Notes: a model not told the origin generated them from the sequence alone. DNA of 53,087 nt from Chiloscyllium plagiosum (GCF_004010195.1 NC_057720.1:11309039-11362125), one strand, 5' to 3'. Shown: positions 11,267 to 24,698, counted from the first letter of the stretch. Numbers and translations: made by a program.

Positions 11267-12199
11267 GTGGGGACAGCTACAACACTTAAAAGATATTTTG
11301 GATAAGTACGTGATTGAGAAGTGTTTGGAGGGATCTGGGCCAAGCGCAGGCAGGTGGGAGTAGTTTGGGATTATGGTCAGCACGGGTCGGTTGGACCGAA
11401 GGGTCTGTTTCCGTGCGATGGTTTAGACCAGGCTGCAGCTGGAGGGGCTGTCTGTAGGCTCCGGCCTTCTCCCTGTGGAATGGATGTGTTCACACTGGAG
11501 CGGGGACAGAGGAGATTCACCAGGCTCTTGCCCAGCATGGAGCGGTTTCAGCGATGGAGAGATCGTTGTCTTCAGAGCGTAGAATGGGGGGGTGACTCGA
11601 TAGAGGGAGATTATGAGGGGCACGGGCGGGGTAGAGAGGAAGCAACCGTTTTTCCCCCTAAATCGCGGGGTCAATAAGGACGAGCCACACTCATTTTACA
11701 GCGAAGATTTAGAGAGATGAAGGTTTGAAGGGGGGGGAATGTTTTTGCCCAGAGGTTGGTGGGGGATACACTGCCTGGGACAGTGTTTGTGGCAAGAATT
11801 CTCACCGATTGAGCGCGTGGAAGTTTTGTAACATTCAAGGCTACGGGCCTAGTGTGGGGAAAGTGGGACTGGTGTCGATTTTAGACACAGTCGTTGGGCT
11901 GAAGAGTCTATTCAAGATGGTATAATGTCTGCGCTCACAATCCACCAGTGATCTCCTTTATTTATTTGGCCCTCAGTGACCATTTTCTCATGCGTGTCTT
12001 TCGTTGTCGCTACGCATTTGAGGGTCAAATCATTTAGAATTGTGTGATGATGTAGCTGTTTGAAGGTGCTCATTCGAAGGTCCTGTTAAGTAGCTAAAAG
12101 GCGCAGAGGTTCGCACTGGGTTGCAATCGACACGTAGGCTGGAGGTCACCAGTGCTGTGTGTAGGTGCGGCGCCCATTCGTGCGGAGCTCGGTCACCGC

Positions 12200-12770
12200 A
12201 TTTCTCCGCGATGCCTCCCCAGGGCAACCAGTCATCGTCTGTGAAGGAACAGCCAGTGTCGTTCCCAGTCAGGATGGTGAGCGGCTCGGAGGGCAACTCG
12301 CAGGGGAGTGGTGTTCCCCGTCTTGTCTGCTGCCCGTCTATCCAGCTGGAAGTGGCCAGGTGTGTGGAAGGTGCTGTCCTGTGGGCGAATTTCTGCAGTG
12401 AATCTTGTAGATGGTGCACTCTGCCTGCTGTGGTGGAGGGAGTGGATGCTTATGGGATGTGGTTCCCAGTCAGTTGGGCTGGATGCTGTCTGCTGATGTT
12501 GGAGATACATTCATCCAGGCAAGTGCGAGGTGTTCTCTCACCCTCCTGACTTGTGCCGTTATAGATGATGGACAAGCTCTAGGGGAAGGGGGGTTGGGGG
12601 AGGTGTTACTCTCTGCAGGATTCCCAGCCTCTGACCTGCTCTTGTAGCCACAGGATTGAAATGGTTGGGTCCAATTCAGTTTCTGGTCAATGGTAATCTC
12701 CAGGATGTTGACAGTGGGGGAATTGACAGTGATGGTAATGCCGTCGAATGTCTGGGAGGTGATGGTTGTC
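12200..12770 (-). mobile_element. Old LINE (L2/CR1-clade) fragments
   Basis: Similar to the degenerate repeats at about 17090-18030, 20990-21260, 33250-33665 and 35060-35230. Confidence 0.5.
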
Positions 12771-12784
12771 TTTTAAACGTTGTA

Positions 12785-13665
12785 GCCATGAGGGGCACGG
12801 TATTAGGTGAATAGGCAAGGTCTTCTCCCCCCTGGGGTGGGGGAGTCTAAAGTTAGAGGGGCGTAGGTTTATAGTGAGAGAGGATAGGTTTAAAAGGGTC
12901 CTTTTTCACAGAGAGGCTGGTACGTTTGCCTTTATCGGTCAGAGTATTGAGTCCAGGAGTTGGGAGCTCATGTTGCTGTTGTACAGGACATTGGTAAGGC
13001 CACTTTTGGAATACTGCGTTCATTTCTGGCCTCCCTGTTATATGAAGGATTTTGTGAAACTTGAAAGGGTTCAAGAAAGACTTATAAGGATGTTGCCGGA
13101 TTTGAGCTCCAGGGAGAGGCTGGGTAGGCCGGGGGCTGTTTTCCCTGGAGCGTCGGAGGCTGAGGGGTGACCCTATAGAGGTTTATAAAATCATGAGGGG
13201 GGACATGGATAGGGTAAATAGACAAGGTCTTTTCCCCCTGGGGTGGGGGGAGCCCAGAACTAGAGGGCGTAGGTTTAGGGTGAGAGGGGCAAGACATAAA
13301 AGGGACCTAAGGGGCAATGTTTTTCCCCAGAGAGTGGTGCGTGTATGGAATGAGCTGCCAGTAGATGTGGTGGCGGCTGGTACAATGACAACATTTAAAA
13401 GGCATCTGGATGGGGGGGCATGGATAGGAAGGGTTTGGAGGATGAAGGGCTTTTGCCCGAAACGTCGGTTTCCCTGCTCCTCGGATGCTGCCTGACTGAC
13501 CTGCTGTGCTTTTCCAGCACCACGCTCTGATCTAAACTCTGGTATCCAGCAGCTGCAGTCCTCACTTTTGCCCAGAGTTTAGAGGGAGATGGGCCAAGTG
13601 CTGGCACATGAGACTGGATTAATTTCAGTATATCTGGTCAGCGTGGACCAAAGGGGCTGTTTCCG
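12785..13665 (+). mobile_element. CR1/HER1 LINE 3' fragment with a PLE terminal insertion at about 13441-13572
   Basis: LLLYRTLVRPLLEYCVHFWPP and QRVVRVWNELP motifs. The insert reads 'gatgaagggcttttgcccgaaacgtcgg...gcagtcctcacttt'. Confidence 0.88.
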
Positions 13666-14311
13666 ACTGTGTCGGCCAGCGACTGTATTCTAGAGAGAGA
13701 CCTCGGGCAGTCAGGAATCAGTTGCTCGTCGTCCTGCTCCTGGTGCTTATTTATCTATGAGGCTGACACCTACGGCAATCGCTGTCGATTCAGCAGTTTC
13801 CCTTTTAAAACAACATGGTGCAGATCCAGAGAATTGATTTTTTGTGTGTGTGTGTGTCTCTACGACCCCCTGTAGTGTGCTCGAGCTTAATGAAAGGGCA
13901 AGCAAGCCAGCAAAACAGAGCAGTGGGGATAAAACAAAATCCAATTCGTTGCGTTTGAGTGCCTTGTGTTTGTAAATGCTGCTCCCCCCACCGCACTCAT
14001 TAAGGATATAAATTGGCTGATGTACCTGTGTTGCAAGGATGTGCTTATTCCTAGCTGCGTCGCTAGTGTTGTTTTAATAATTACTCGGCAAATGTGATTC
14101 GCTGCCTCTTAAGAACAAATCTCTTTTGTATTCAGCGTGCGATCACTCATTCTGGTCATTTAGCTGGCGCTGCGTGGGGAGTGCAGCATCCTTCCTGGGG
14201 GGAGGGGGAGAAAGGGAAAACGCTGTTTCGCAGCGGGGACAGTTACAGTTCACCTTGCGCTCCCTCGCCGCGGCAGCACTTGACGTGGGGGTGGGGTTGG
14301 GCGTGTTCGCT

Positions 14312-14520
14312 CAGAGCCGAGAGCGCGGCCGCTGGAAAAGCGCGGCAGGTCAGGCAGCATCCGAGGTGCGGGGGAGTCGACTGATGAAGGCTGATGGCCT
14401 GTCCCTCTTCCGCGGCCGTGTCCGTGCCCAGGAGTCGCTGGACAAGGGGGCGTGTGGTGTCTGACACCCTTCTCTCGACTCTGTGTGATCTCCAGCTTGT
14501 GCAGTGCCTCACTGTCTCCT
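14312..14520. mobile_element. GC-shifted inverted PLE terminal element
   Basis: 'gctggaaaagcgcggcaggtcaggcagcatccgagg' ... 'ctcgactctg..atctccagc..tgcagt.cctcact' matches family A termini. Confidence 0.65.
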
Positions 14521-14703
14521 CGTGTTCACTCCGTGAGCGAGGGGGCTCGGGTTCCCGGGCTGGGGGTGACGGGAGGGAGCTGCGAGGGAACGTGGGACCC
14601 TGAAGAGTAGAGCGCGGGGCCAGGCCCTTCGGCCTTCCGCGTCTGTGCCGACCGTGATGCCGTTTTAAACTAATCCTGCACTCCCATCCGCTCCCTGCCT
14701 GTC

Positions 14704-15203
14704 NNNNNNNNNNNNNNNNNNNNNNNNNNNNNNNNNNNNNNNNNNNNNNNNNNNNNNNNNNNNNNNNNNNNNNNNNNNNNNNNNNNNNNNNNNNNNNNNN
14801 NNNNNNNNNNNNNNNNNNNNNNNNNNNNNNNNNNNNNNNNNNNNNNNNNNNNNNNNNNNNNNNNNNNNNNNNNNNNNNNNNNNNNNNNNNNNNNNNNNNN
14901 NNNNNNNNNNNNNNNNNNNNNNNNNNNNNNNNNNNNNNNNNNNNNNNNNNNNNNNNNNNNNNNNNNNNNNNNNNNNNNNNNNNNNNNNNNNNNNNNNNNN
15001 NNNNNNNNNNNNNNNNNNNNNNNNNNNNNNNNNNNNNNNNNNNNNNNNNNNNNNNNNNNNNNNNNNNNNNNNNNNNNNNNNNNNNNNNNNNNNNNNNNNN
15101 NNNNNNNNNNNNNNNNNNNNNNNNNNNNNNNNNNNNNNNNNNNNNNNNNNNNNNNNNNNNNNNNNNNNNNNNNNNNNNNNNNNNNNNNNNNNNNNNNNNN
15201 NNN
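14704..15203. other. Assembly gap (500 N)
   Basis: Run of exactly 500 N, typical of a fixed-size scaffolding gap. Confidence 0.99.
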
Positions 15204-15584
15204 TCAGCAAAACCCATTGATGGATCCCATGAGAAAGTGCTTCCAGTCAAATACATTATTTCAAGCTTCAACATATTCGATGCCTTTCAACAACAGTTAT
15301 CTGTATTTATATAGTGTCTTTAATGTAATAAAACATCACAGGTTGCTGCACAGGAACATTATAACAGAAAATATGACACTAAACTAGTACTCAATGTGCT
15401 CCATAAAGATAAGGATCCTATATGTTTTGCTTAACAGCTATCTAAACCTGTCAGACCCATGTTCATGGCTTTGTACACAAACATCACAGATTTTCTGTTC
15501 CATCAGCCACTTTAGATGTAAAATGGTGAGGTGAGAGTGCCTATCCTTGAAAGCAAGGCAACAACGAGGAACCCAAGCAAAAAC

Positions 15585-16165
15585 TTGCTGCATTTTGGGA
15601 AAGCAAATCTTAGCAGGACTTATACACTTAATGGTAAAGTCCTCAGGAGTGTTGCTGAATAAAGAGACCTTGGGATGCAGGTTCATAGCTTGTTGAAAAC
15701 GGAGTCGCAGGTAGATAGGATAGTGAAGAAGGTGTTTGGTAAGCTTTCCTTTATTGGTCAGAGTGTTGAGTACAGGAGTTGGGAGGTCATGTTGTGGCTG
15801 TACAGGACATTGGTTAGACCACTGATGGAATATTGTGTGCAATTCTGGTCTCTTTCCTATCGGGAGTCCAGAACTAGAGGGCATAGGTTTAGGGTCAGAA
15901 GGGAAAGATATAAAAGAGACCTAAGAGGCAACTTTTTCACGCAGAGAGTGGTACGTGTATGGAATGAGCTGCCAGAGGATGTGGTGGAGGCTGGTACAAT
16001 TGCAACAGTTTAAAGGCATTTGGATGGGTATATGAATAGGAAGGGTTTGGAGAGATATGGTTGGGTGTTGGCAGGTGGGACTAGATTGGGTTGGGATATC
16101 TGGTTGGCATGGACAGGTTGGACCAAAGGGTCTGTTTCCGTGCTGCACATCTCTGTGATTCTATG
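15585..16165 (+). mobile_element. CR1/HER1 LINE 3' fragment with an internal deletion
   Basis: LYRTLVRPLMEYCVQFWS is joined directly to ESRTRGHRFRV...FFTQRVVRVWNELP, followed by the 3' tail. Confidence 0.9.
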
Positions 16166-16574
16166 GAGTCAGTGGGAATTGAGGGAAAACTCTCCGCTGG
16201 TTGGAGACACGCCAGACACAAAGCAAAAGGGTTGTGCTCGTTGGAGTCATTTATCTCAGCTCTCGTACAGCTCTGCAGGAGTTCCTCAGGGTAGGGTCCT
16301 TGGCCCCTTCATCTTCAACTGACTGCTGACTGACCTTCCCTCTTTCACAATGTCATGAGTTCCCTGATGATTGCTCAAAGTTCAGCACTGTTTGCGACTC
16401 ATCAGACACTGAAGCTGCCAATGCCCAAATGCAATAAGACCCGGACAGTATCCAGACCGGGGTGACAAGTGGCAAGTAACTTATATGCCACACCGATGTT
16501 AAGCAATGACTGTCTTGCCTGCACACACAACCTCCTGTAGTTTCTTATTCTCTGCCCCGAAGTGTAAGAAACAA

Positions 16575-17027
16575 CAGAAGGTGGTGTGCACAGTCTAGAC
16601 CATCACAGAAGCCAACCTCCCATCCATGGACTCCATTTATACACCTCACTGCTGTTGAAAGGCTGCCAACATCATTAAAGACCCCTCCTACCCCAGTAAT
16701 AATCTCCTCCAACCTCTTCCATCAGGCAGTAGATATGAAAGCTCAAAAACACACACACACACTAACAAGTTCAGGAACAGCTTCGTCCCTGCCATTATTA
16801 GACTGATGAATGGACTCTCTAACTTAAAATAATGCTGAACTTGCTATTGTTGATCTTGTCTAGTGAATGTCCTGTGCAGGGTAACCTGTATGTCTTACTC
16901 TGTCCAAGGCATTTTTTTCACCCTATGATCTGTACGTCCTTGCTTACTATGATCTGCCTGTATTGCTTGCAAACAAAGCTTTTCACTGTGCTTAGGTACA
17001 CATGACAATAAATCAAATCAAATCAAT
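16575..17027 (+). mobile_element. Rex1/Babar-like LINE 3' end
   Basis: Degenerate 'IIKDPSxP...LQPLPSGxRY...NKFRNSFxPAIIRLMN' C-terminus, then an 'acaataaa(tcaaa)n' tail. Confidence 0.7.
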
Positions 17028-19124
17028 CTTCAAAAACACAGATTCTAATTCTTACCATTCAGCACTCACTGGTGTTACCATTATGGATTTGCCCACTATC
17101 AACATCCTGATGATGACCATTGTTCAGAAACTGAACTGGACCAGCCTTTGACCTGCTGTTGTATCCACAGTATTTATATGGCAAATCTAGTTCTGTTTCT
17201 CATCAATGTTAACCTGCAGAATGTTGATAGTGGGGGATTCAATGCTGGTAATTCCATTGAAATTCGAGAATGGTGGATAGATTGTCTCTTACTGAGACAG
17301 CCATTGCCTCATATTTGTATGGTGGAAATGTTACTTGCCACTTGTGATGAGGTCAGGAACTGAGTGGCCCTGGCAGAAATCAGATTGGGTAGGTTGTTGT
17401 GAAGCAATGATAGTAATGGGGCAGTGATTGGCTGAGTTGGATTTGTCCTGTGTTTTTGTATGCACGACATATCTGGGCAGTTTTCCACATTGTCGGGTAG
17501 GTGCCAGTGTTGGCTAGGTGCACGACAAGTTCTGGAGCACAAGTCTTCAGTATTATTGCCAGAATGTTGTCAGGGCCATTAACATGTTAGAATACTCCCT
17601 ACTTGCCTGGATAGGTCCAGCTCCAACAGCATTCGAGAAGCTTGATACCAATCAGGACAAAGCAACCTGCTTGATAAAGCAGCCCAGAAATACCCACTCC
17701 CTCCCCCACAGATACTCAGTAGCAGCAGTGTGTAGAATCTACAAGATGCACTGCAGAAATTTACCAAAGATGCTCAGACAACACCTTCCAAACCCATGAC
17801 CACATCCATCTAGAAGGACAAGGACAGCAGATACATAGGAATCCCACCAACAAGTTCCCTTCCAAACCACTCACCATCCTGACTTGAAAAGCTATTGCCA
17901 TTCCTTCACTGTTACTGGATGAAAATCTTCAAAGTCTCTTCTCACCAATACTGGGGCTCTTTTTTGCAAACCAAGACCATACGGGTTCAAGAAGCCAATT
18001 CAGCAGCAGTTAGAAATAGGCAATGTCCATAACCCATGATTGAATTGGAAAAAACATTTATTTATACTGTCTCCATTCTTCCCACCAGTAAGATATCACT
18101 CCCTCGTCTGTGTAATATTTCATTCTGTCCACGTCCTCCTGAGTCTATTGATGTACTTCACCAGGTTTACGGCGTCTCTGAGTTTCTTGCAAACTTTGAA
18201 ATTATGCTCAAGTTCCGCTCATTATTTTATGCGTGAAAGAGCAGTGGCTCAAATACTGACCCTGGGCAATACTTCTGTAGACTTCTTCAAATCTGATAAA
18301 GTTCTGTTCCCTATTCCTCTCTCTCCTCTCTGTCCCTTGACCAATTCCATATTCATGCTATGACTGCCATTATAATGCTAAGGGCTTTAACGTTGCCTAA
18401 TGGAATTAATTTCAATACTTTCACTAAGGCCTCTTGAAAGGCCATATGCACAACATTGATTGCCTCATTAACGCCTTCCATAACATCACAAACAACTCAA
18501 CTAATTTAATTGTACACGATTTGCTTTTAATGAATCCATGATTTCGGTCACTTGGCTGAATGGTTTTTTTGTTGACTGTGAGTCAATTCCTCGATTCTGA
18601 ATGAGTCCCTGTGAAACACTCTGGGATATTTAACAGCAGTTTAACTCTGGAAGCTGTTGCTGCTCTAATCTAGAACAGCACTACAGGAAGGAAGGAATTC
18701 TACAGTTGTGGACTACTGTGTTAGATTTTAACCTCTTCACGCTGATGGGCTGTCCATGAAAGCCCTTCATGAGAATGTGGACATCTCACTGTAACTCCCA
18801 GGAAGATAGAAGGTAATTTTCGATCTCCCAGATTGCGATATGCCAGAACACTCATGAGAAATGGAAAACTGACTAAACACATGCAGCAAACATTTGTTTC
18901 AATATCAGAACCCTCCTTGACGTTACAGTAATTGTTGACAAAGTCAATCAACGTTAAACAAACCGGAAGTGGGACATCAAAATAGGATCAGAAATTGAGT
19001 CGGTTCAGTTTGATCCTGGTTGACCTTCAGTCTCAACATAATTTTTCTAACCACTTTCCATATCCCTTGATGCCTAAAGAGATCAGTAATGACCTGGTGC
19101 TCCTGAATATATTGAATGAAGTGA

Positions 19125-19672
19125 GATTGGTTTGGCCACTTTTGGAATACTGTGTTCAATTCTGGTCCTCTTGCTACAGGAAAAATGTTGAGAAACTTGA
19201 AAGGTTTCAGAAAAGATTTACAAGAATATTGCCAGGGTTTGAGGGTTTAAGCTATAGGGAGAGGCTGAATCGGCTGGGGCTGTTTCCCCTGGAACATCAG
19301 AGGCTGAGGGGTGAATCATGAGGGGCATGGATAGGGTAAATAGTCAAGGTCCTTTTCCCTGGGGTAGGAAAATCCAAAGCTGAAGGGCAGAGGTTTAAGG
19401 TTAGAGGGTTAGATTTAAAAGGACCTAAGGAGTAACATTTTCATGCAGAGGGTAGCGCGTTAATGGAATAAGCTGCCAGAGGAAGTGGTGGAGGCTGGTA
19501 CAATTGTAGCATTTAAAAGGCATCTAAGTGGGTATATGAATAGGAAAAGTTTAGAGGCATATAGGCCAAGTGCTGGCAAAAGGGACTAGATTAATTAAGG
19601 ATATCTAGTTGACATGGACGATTTGAACCAAAGGGTTTGTTTCCGTGCTGTACATCTCTATAATTCTATGTC
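19125..19672 (+). mobile_element. CR1/HER1 LINE 3' fragment
   Basis: LVWPLLEYCVQFWSSCYRK...LSYRERLNRLGLFPLE motif plus 3' tail. Confidence 0.9.
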
Positions 19673-21589
19673 TCTAAGTAAGACTCACAACACTCTGGAG
19701 TAGAGAATTTAAAGATTCACAACCCTTTGAGTGAAGACATTACACCTCATTTCAGTCCTAAATAATTAGCCACAAATCTTAACAGTGTGCCCTATGTTCT
19801 AGGTTCACCAGCCAGGTAAAAATAACCAAACACGTCAAACCTCTTTAGGATCTTCCTTATTTCAGTGAAGCCACCTCTCCAGCCTCTGAACACCAAACAA
19901 TATTAGCCCAATTTTCACAGTGCCTCGTCATGAGACAGGTCTCTCAACCGAGGACACAATCTCACGAATCTGTACTATACCAATTCACATATTTCCTTCC
20001 TTTGGAGATGAAAAACTACAGTCCTCCAGTGTAGCCTCACCAAAATCCTATTCAATGTCAAAGTCAAACACCATTTAACATGAGTCAGTTTGCTTACTCA
20101 TTTTCTACTTAATGTCTGGTGCGGTGCAATTCAGCATTTTGTATCTTTTTTAAAAAAAATTCAAATAAACTTGAACTCATGCATTGATTTTCCAGCCTGA
20201 AGGCTTTTTAGGTCATGGTGAAAATGAGATATCGGACAGGACTTGTCAGCATCTCTGAAACATTTATGGAAATGATTTGAAGTCTGCTCCCCAGGTATAA
20301 AATAGGATTTCTTGCTGAAGCAAGCTTTGAGGGCGATAATGGTAACTCGATAAACAAAGCTGGCGGCTTACACTGATGCTTAAACAGGATGCTGGCTGTT
20401 CCCATCAATAGTTACAACATACCGCTAAATCCCAAGAGTTTCACTCAGCACAGATTCCTCTGCTGGAAAGAATTGACCCCTTTCCCAAGCATTGGCCGTC
20501 CCAGAGTCCTTTGCAAGTCTGTTTTGCATTTTTGGTCACTCTTCTAATATAGTAAAGGCAAGATCACATAAATAGCAAAATGATAATAATCAGGTTATCT
20601 GCCTTTCTTCGTGACTTTTTTTGGTTAAAATATAAATTATTGGATAGAAAATGGGGAACGTTTCCTGTTTTTTCTTTGGAATAGTATCATAGGATGTGTA
20701 TGTCCATCTGAGAAAGAAGATAGGTACAAGGCTAAACATTGCAATTGGGAGCAACAAGCACTGGGAATCAAATTAAACAATGGAGTGAGACTTGAGCTGG
20801 AAGCTACAGTGGCAGAGGTGACAGATCTGCCCTCTGGACAACAACTTTAAGAAGCAGCATTGTTCATCTTTTCCCACAAATCAATGACAAAGGAAGCTAT
20901 CAACTCCATCATGCTAACACTTTCTTTATCCATTCATTATCGTGGGCATTTCTGAGCAACAATTATTGTTCATCCAATTGTTGCTCTTGAGAAGGTCCAT
21001 TTTTGAGCCGTTGCAGTCCGTGTGCTACAGGTAGACTACAATACTGTTAGGGTGGGAGTTCAAGGAGTTTGACCCAGCAAAATTGAAGGAACAGCAATAT
21101 GCTTCCGTGTCAGGGTGGTGAGTGACTTCAGGGAAGTTTAATGGGTGATGGTGTTCCCATGTATCTGCTGCTCTGATCCTCCTAGACAAAAGTAGTTGTG
21201 GGTTTGGATGGTGCCATCTAAGGAGCCCTGATGAATTCCTGCAGGGCATCTTGATTTTCTTCAAGGATAAAATAGGTTTTGATGGCAGAGAACGGAGAGA
21301 CCGCTTCTATGCTAATGGAGATCAAATCATTTTTATGTCTGTATCTTCCTCCCAGCCCTAAGCTGTTCAGTTACCAATCACGCAGTTAGCAGGAAAAACC
21401 TTTTGTCATGGATAACTCATCATTATTCCATAGACCAATTGTTGCCAATTTGGCTGTATGTGGATACAGCACCTTTTGGATCATACTCATCTGCAGCCAC
21501 TTCCATTTCTGCTAGCTCCTACAGCTATTTACACAACGCTTGCCACAAGTGTGAGGTTAGTTGCTTTTCAAAACATACAGCAATCCTTT

Positions 21590-22029
21590 CGTAGAATCAG
21601 AAAGTCATGAAGCATGGAAGCATACTCTTTGTTCCAACTCACCCACGCTGAGCAGATTTCCTAAACCAAACTGGCACCATTTCCCTGCATTTGGCCCAAA
21701 CCTTTCCTGTCTATGTACCTATCCAAATGTTTCTTATATGTTGTAACTGCACCCACATCCTCCAGCATCACTTCCTCCAGCAGTTTATTCCACACACAAA
21801 CCACCCTCTGTGTGAAAGAGTTGCCCCTCATGTCCCTTTTAAATCTTTCTCCTCTCACCTTAAAATTATGCCCTAAGGAAAAGGCATTTGCTATTCAACT
21901 TATCTATACTCCTCATGATTTTATAAACCTCTATAAGGTCATCCCTCAATCTCCAACACTCCAGGGGAAACAGTCCCAGCCTATCCAGCCTCTCCTTACG
22001 AATCAAACATTCTACGTCCAGTAACATCC
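21590..22029 (-). mobile_element. CR1 LINE 3' fragment
   Basis: Minus-strand ORF GERFKRDMRGNSFTQRVVCVWNKL. Confidence 0.85.
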
Positions 22030-22360
22030 TTAGATTAGATTAGATTAGACTAGATTAGATTCCCTACAGTATGGAAACGGGCCCAACATGTCTACACAGG
22101 CCCTCTAAAGAGTAACCCGCCCAGACCCTTTCCCCTATCCATTTTTAACCCTAACTAATGCAACTAACACTACGGGCAATTTAGCGTGGCCAATTCACCC
22201 GACCTGCACACCTCCAGAGTGTGGGAGAAAACCGGAGCACCCGGAGGAAACCCACGCAGATACAGGGAGAATGTGCAAACTCCACAGACAGCCGCCCAAG
22301 GCCGGAATTGAACCCGGGCTTCCAGTGCCGCAAGGCAGCAGCGCCAACCACTGAGCCACC
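22030..22360 (-). mobile_element. HE1 SINE
   Basis: (ttaga)n tail, V-domain and box B/A on the minus strand. Confidence 0.88.
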
Positions 22361-22644
22361 TTTTTTGCTATCAGTTCCTTATCGGCCTCACTCCTTTCAG
22401 TACCCTTTTGTTTATATGCTAATCAATGACTTTTCAATTCGTTTTTATTAGCTACCAGTCTCTTCACTTATTCTCTCCTTGCTTCTGTAATATCTTTTAG
22501 CTGAACTTGTTAAAAATAAATTTCCAAACAAGTGCAAATAGAGATGAACAAGTGTTCTGTAAATTTCAATCACTTATAACAAAATTTGAGAAATAACAAG
22601 ATTTAATTATCCAGTATGGATGGGGAAAATTGTGGGTGAGATGG

Positions 22645-22960
22645 TCATAGAGTCATAGAATCCTACAGCATGGATACAGGCCCTTTGGCCCAAGCACGCT
22701 GACTAAAATGTGCTTGTAAATCTTTCTGCACCCTTTCTAATTTAATAATATCCTTCCTACATCGGAAAGACCAGAATTGCACACAGTATTTCAAACGTGG
22801 TCTCACTAATGTCCTGTACAGCTGCAACATGATGTTCCAACTCCCATACTCAATGCTCTGATCAATGAAGGCAAGCATGCCAAACTCCTTCTTCATCATC
22901 CTGTCAATCTGTGACACCACTTTCACAGAACTAGGTCCCTGCATCCCTAGGTCTCTCTAG
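22645..22960 (-). mobile_element. CR1 LINE fragment
   Basis: Minus-strand ORF MLQLYRTLVRPRLKYCVQFWS. Confidence 0.85.
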
Positions 22961-23187
22961 TTCCTTTTCATTTCAGGGCACAATTTTGAAAAACAGACAA
23001 ATGAAAAGACACCGTCTTTACACCAGGGACATCCAGTGTCCCTGGTGTAAATTGAAATGAAAAAGATAATTAAACAAAATTAACAAAGCAAAATTAACAA
23101 GTGACAGTCCTTAAAGGGACCAAAAATCAAATCTTTGAAGGTAACTTGCAGAATCTAAATTAAAATTTGATTGTGGGAGCTGACCTC

Positions 23188-23313
23188 ATTCCTGATGAAG
23201 GGCTTTTGCCCGAAACGTCAATCCTCCTGCTCCTTGGATGCTGCCTGACCTGCTGTGCTTTTCCAGCACCACACTGTTGACTCTAATCTCCAGCATTTGC
23301 AGTCCTCACTTTC
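23188..23313 (+). mobile_element. Solo PLE terminal repeat (family A) with hammerhead core at 23192-23219
   Basis: attc CTGATGA a gggc tttt gccc GAAAC GTC aatcc..., ending 'gcagtcctcactttc'. Confidence 0.8.
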
Positions 23314-24040
23314 ACAGAGCTGATGATGTAGTCCAGTCCTTGCAATATTCAGTTGTGAATGACAATCAAGTGTGTAACTGGTACTGTGCTTTCCTTCCCA
23401 AGCACACATGGGAATGTATAAACCAAATGTATAAACCTTTTCAAAACAATCGAACTAAGTTAACAACTTTTTAAAAATTAAAATTAAAATGAGATAGTCA
23501 TTCATAAGGGAACACTGTAACAAAAGACAAACATTCAAATAAAACATGAAGTTTGGTTGTGGGAGAGATTGTATCTTGCAAGAAAAGCCTCATATATACA
23601 AGTGAACACTGAATGCTCCCATCCAGGGACAGCCAGATATCAACAGAACCATGGAAGGGAGGCAGACAGATCGAATGACCCACTTTATTAAATCAATGTT
23701 TGTTCAAGATATTTCAGAGAATCACAGAGTTATTATGGGGCAGCCTATAATGCCTGCACTAACTGAATAATCGCATGCTAATCTCTTGCCTTCTCTCCCA
23801 CCTGTTTATCTTTTAACCATAACAATACAATGAGCATAACATTAGCTTTATGCCCTTTGTTCTAGAATTGAGGGGCACAGCCTCAAAATAAGGGGGAGCA
23901 CATTCAGGATTGTGTTGAGAAGGAACTTGGTCACCCAAAGGGTTGTGATTCTGTGGAATTCCCTGCCCAATGAAACAGTTGAAGCTACCTCATTGAATGT
24001 TTTTGAGGCGACAATAGATTTTTGAACGGAAAGGGAATTA

Positions 24041-24698
24041 TCCCTGAAAGTTGCCACCCAGATTGACAGGGCTGTTAACAAGGCATACAGTGTTTTGGCC
24101 TTTATTAATAGAGGGATTGAGTTCCGGAACCATGAGTTTATGCTGCAGCTGTACAAAACTCTGGTACGGCCACACTTGGAGTATTGTGTACAGTTCTGGT
24201 CACCGCATTGTAAGAAGGATGTGGAAGCTATGGAAAGGGTGCAGAGGAGATTTACTAGGATGTTGCCTGGTAAGGAGGGAAGGTCTTACGAGGAAAGGCT
24301 GAGGGCCTTGAGGCTGTTCTTGTTAGAGAGAAGAAGGTTGAGAGGTGACTTAATAGAGACATACAAGATAATCAGAGGGTTAGATAGGGTGGACAGGGAG
24401 AGCCTTTTTCCAAGTATAGGGACGGCAAACACAAGGGGACACAACTTTAAAGTGAGGTATAAGACAGATGTCAGAGGTGGTTTCTTTACTCAGAGAGTAG
24501 TAAGGGCATGGAATGCTTTGCCTGCAACGGTAATAGATTCGCCAAGTGTAGGTGCATTTAAGTCGTCATTTGGACAGGCAAATGGACATGCACGGAATAG
24601 TGTAGGTGGGATGGGCTTCAGATTAGTATGACAGGGCTGCGCAACATCGAGGGCCGAGGGCCTGTACTGCGCTGTAATGTTCTATGTTCTATGTTCTA
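24041..24698 (+). mobile_element. Young 5'-truncated CR1 LINE (uninterrupted 178-codon ORF2 C-terminal frame), nested in an older CR1
   Basis: LQLYKTLVRPHLEYCVQFWSPH...RGDLIETYKII...FFTQRVVRAWNALP, followed by a (ttctatg)n tail. Confidence 0.92.

Larger units (their letters stand above)
10040..11420 (+). mobile_element. CR1 LINE fragments interrupted by nested PLE and HE1 insertions
   Basis: LVRPLLEYCVQFWSP-type and RLRGDLVEIYKVMR motifs; CR1 3' tail at about 11400. Confidence 0.75.

Noticed and set aside
13876..13975. Candidate terminal exon after 'cccctgtag' (VLELNERASKPAKQ...)
   Set aside because: No recognisable homology and no linked upstream exon.
14243..15274. Long ORFs crossing the first N run (likewise 47716-48949 across the second)
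   Set aside because: Open only because N codons are not stops.
24095..24631. 178-aa ORF as a host gene
   Set aside because: It is the C-terminal part of CR1 ORF2 in a 5'-truncated LINE with its 3' tail.
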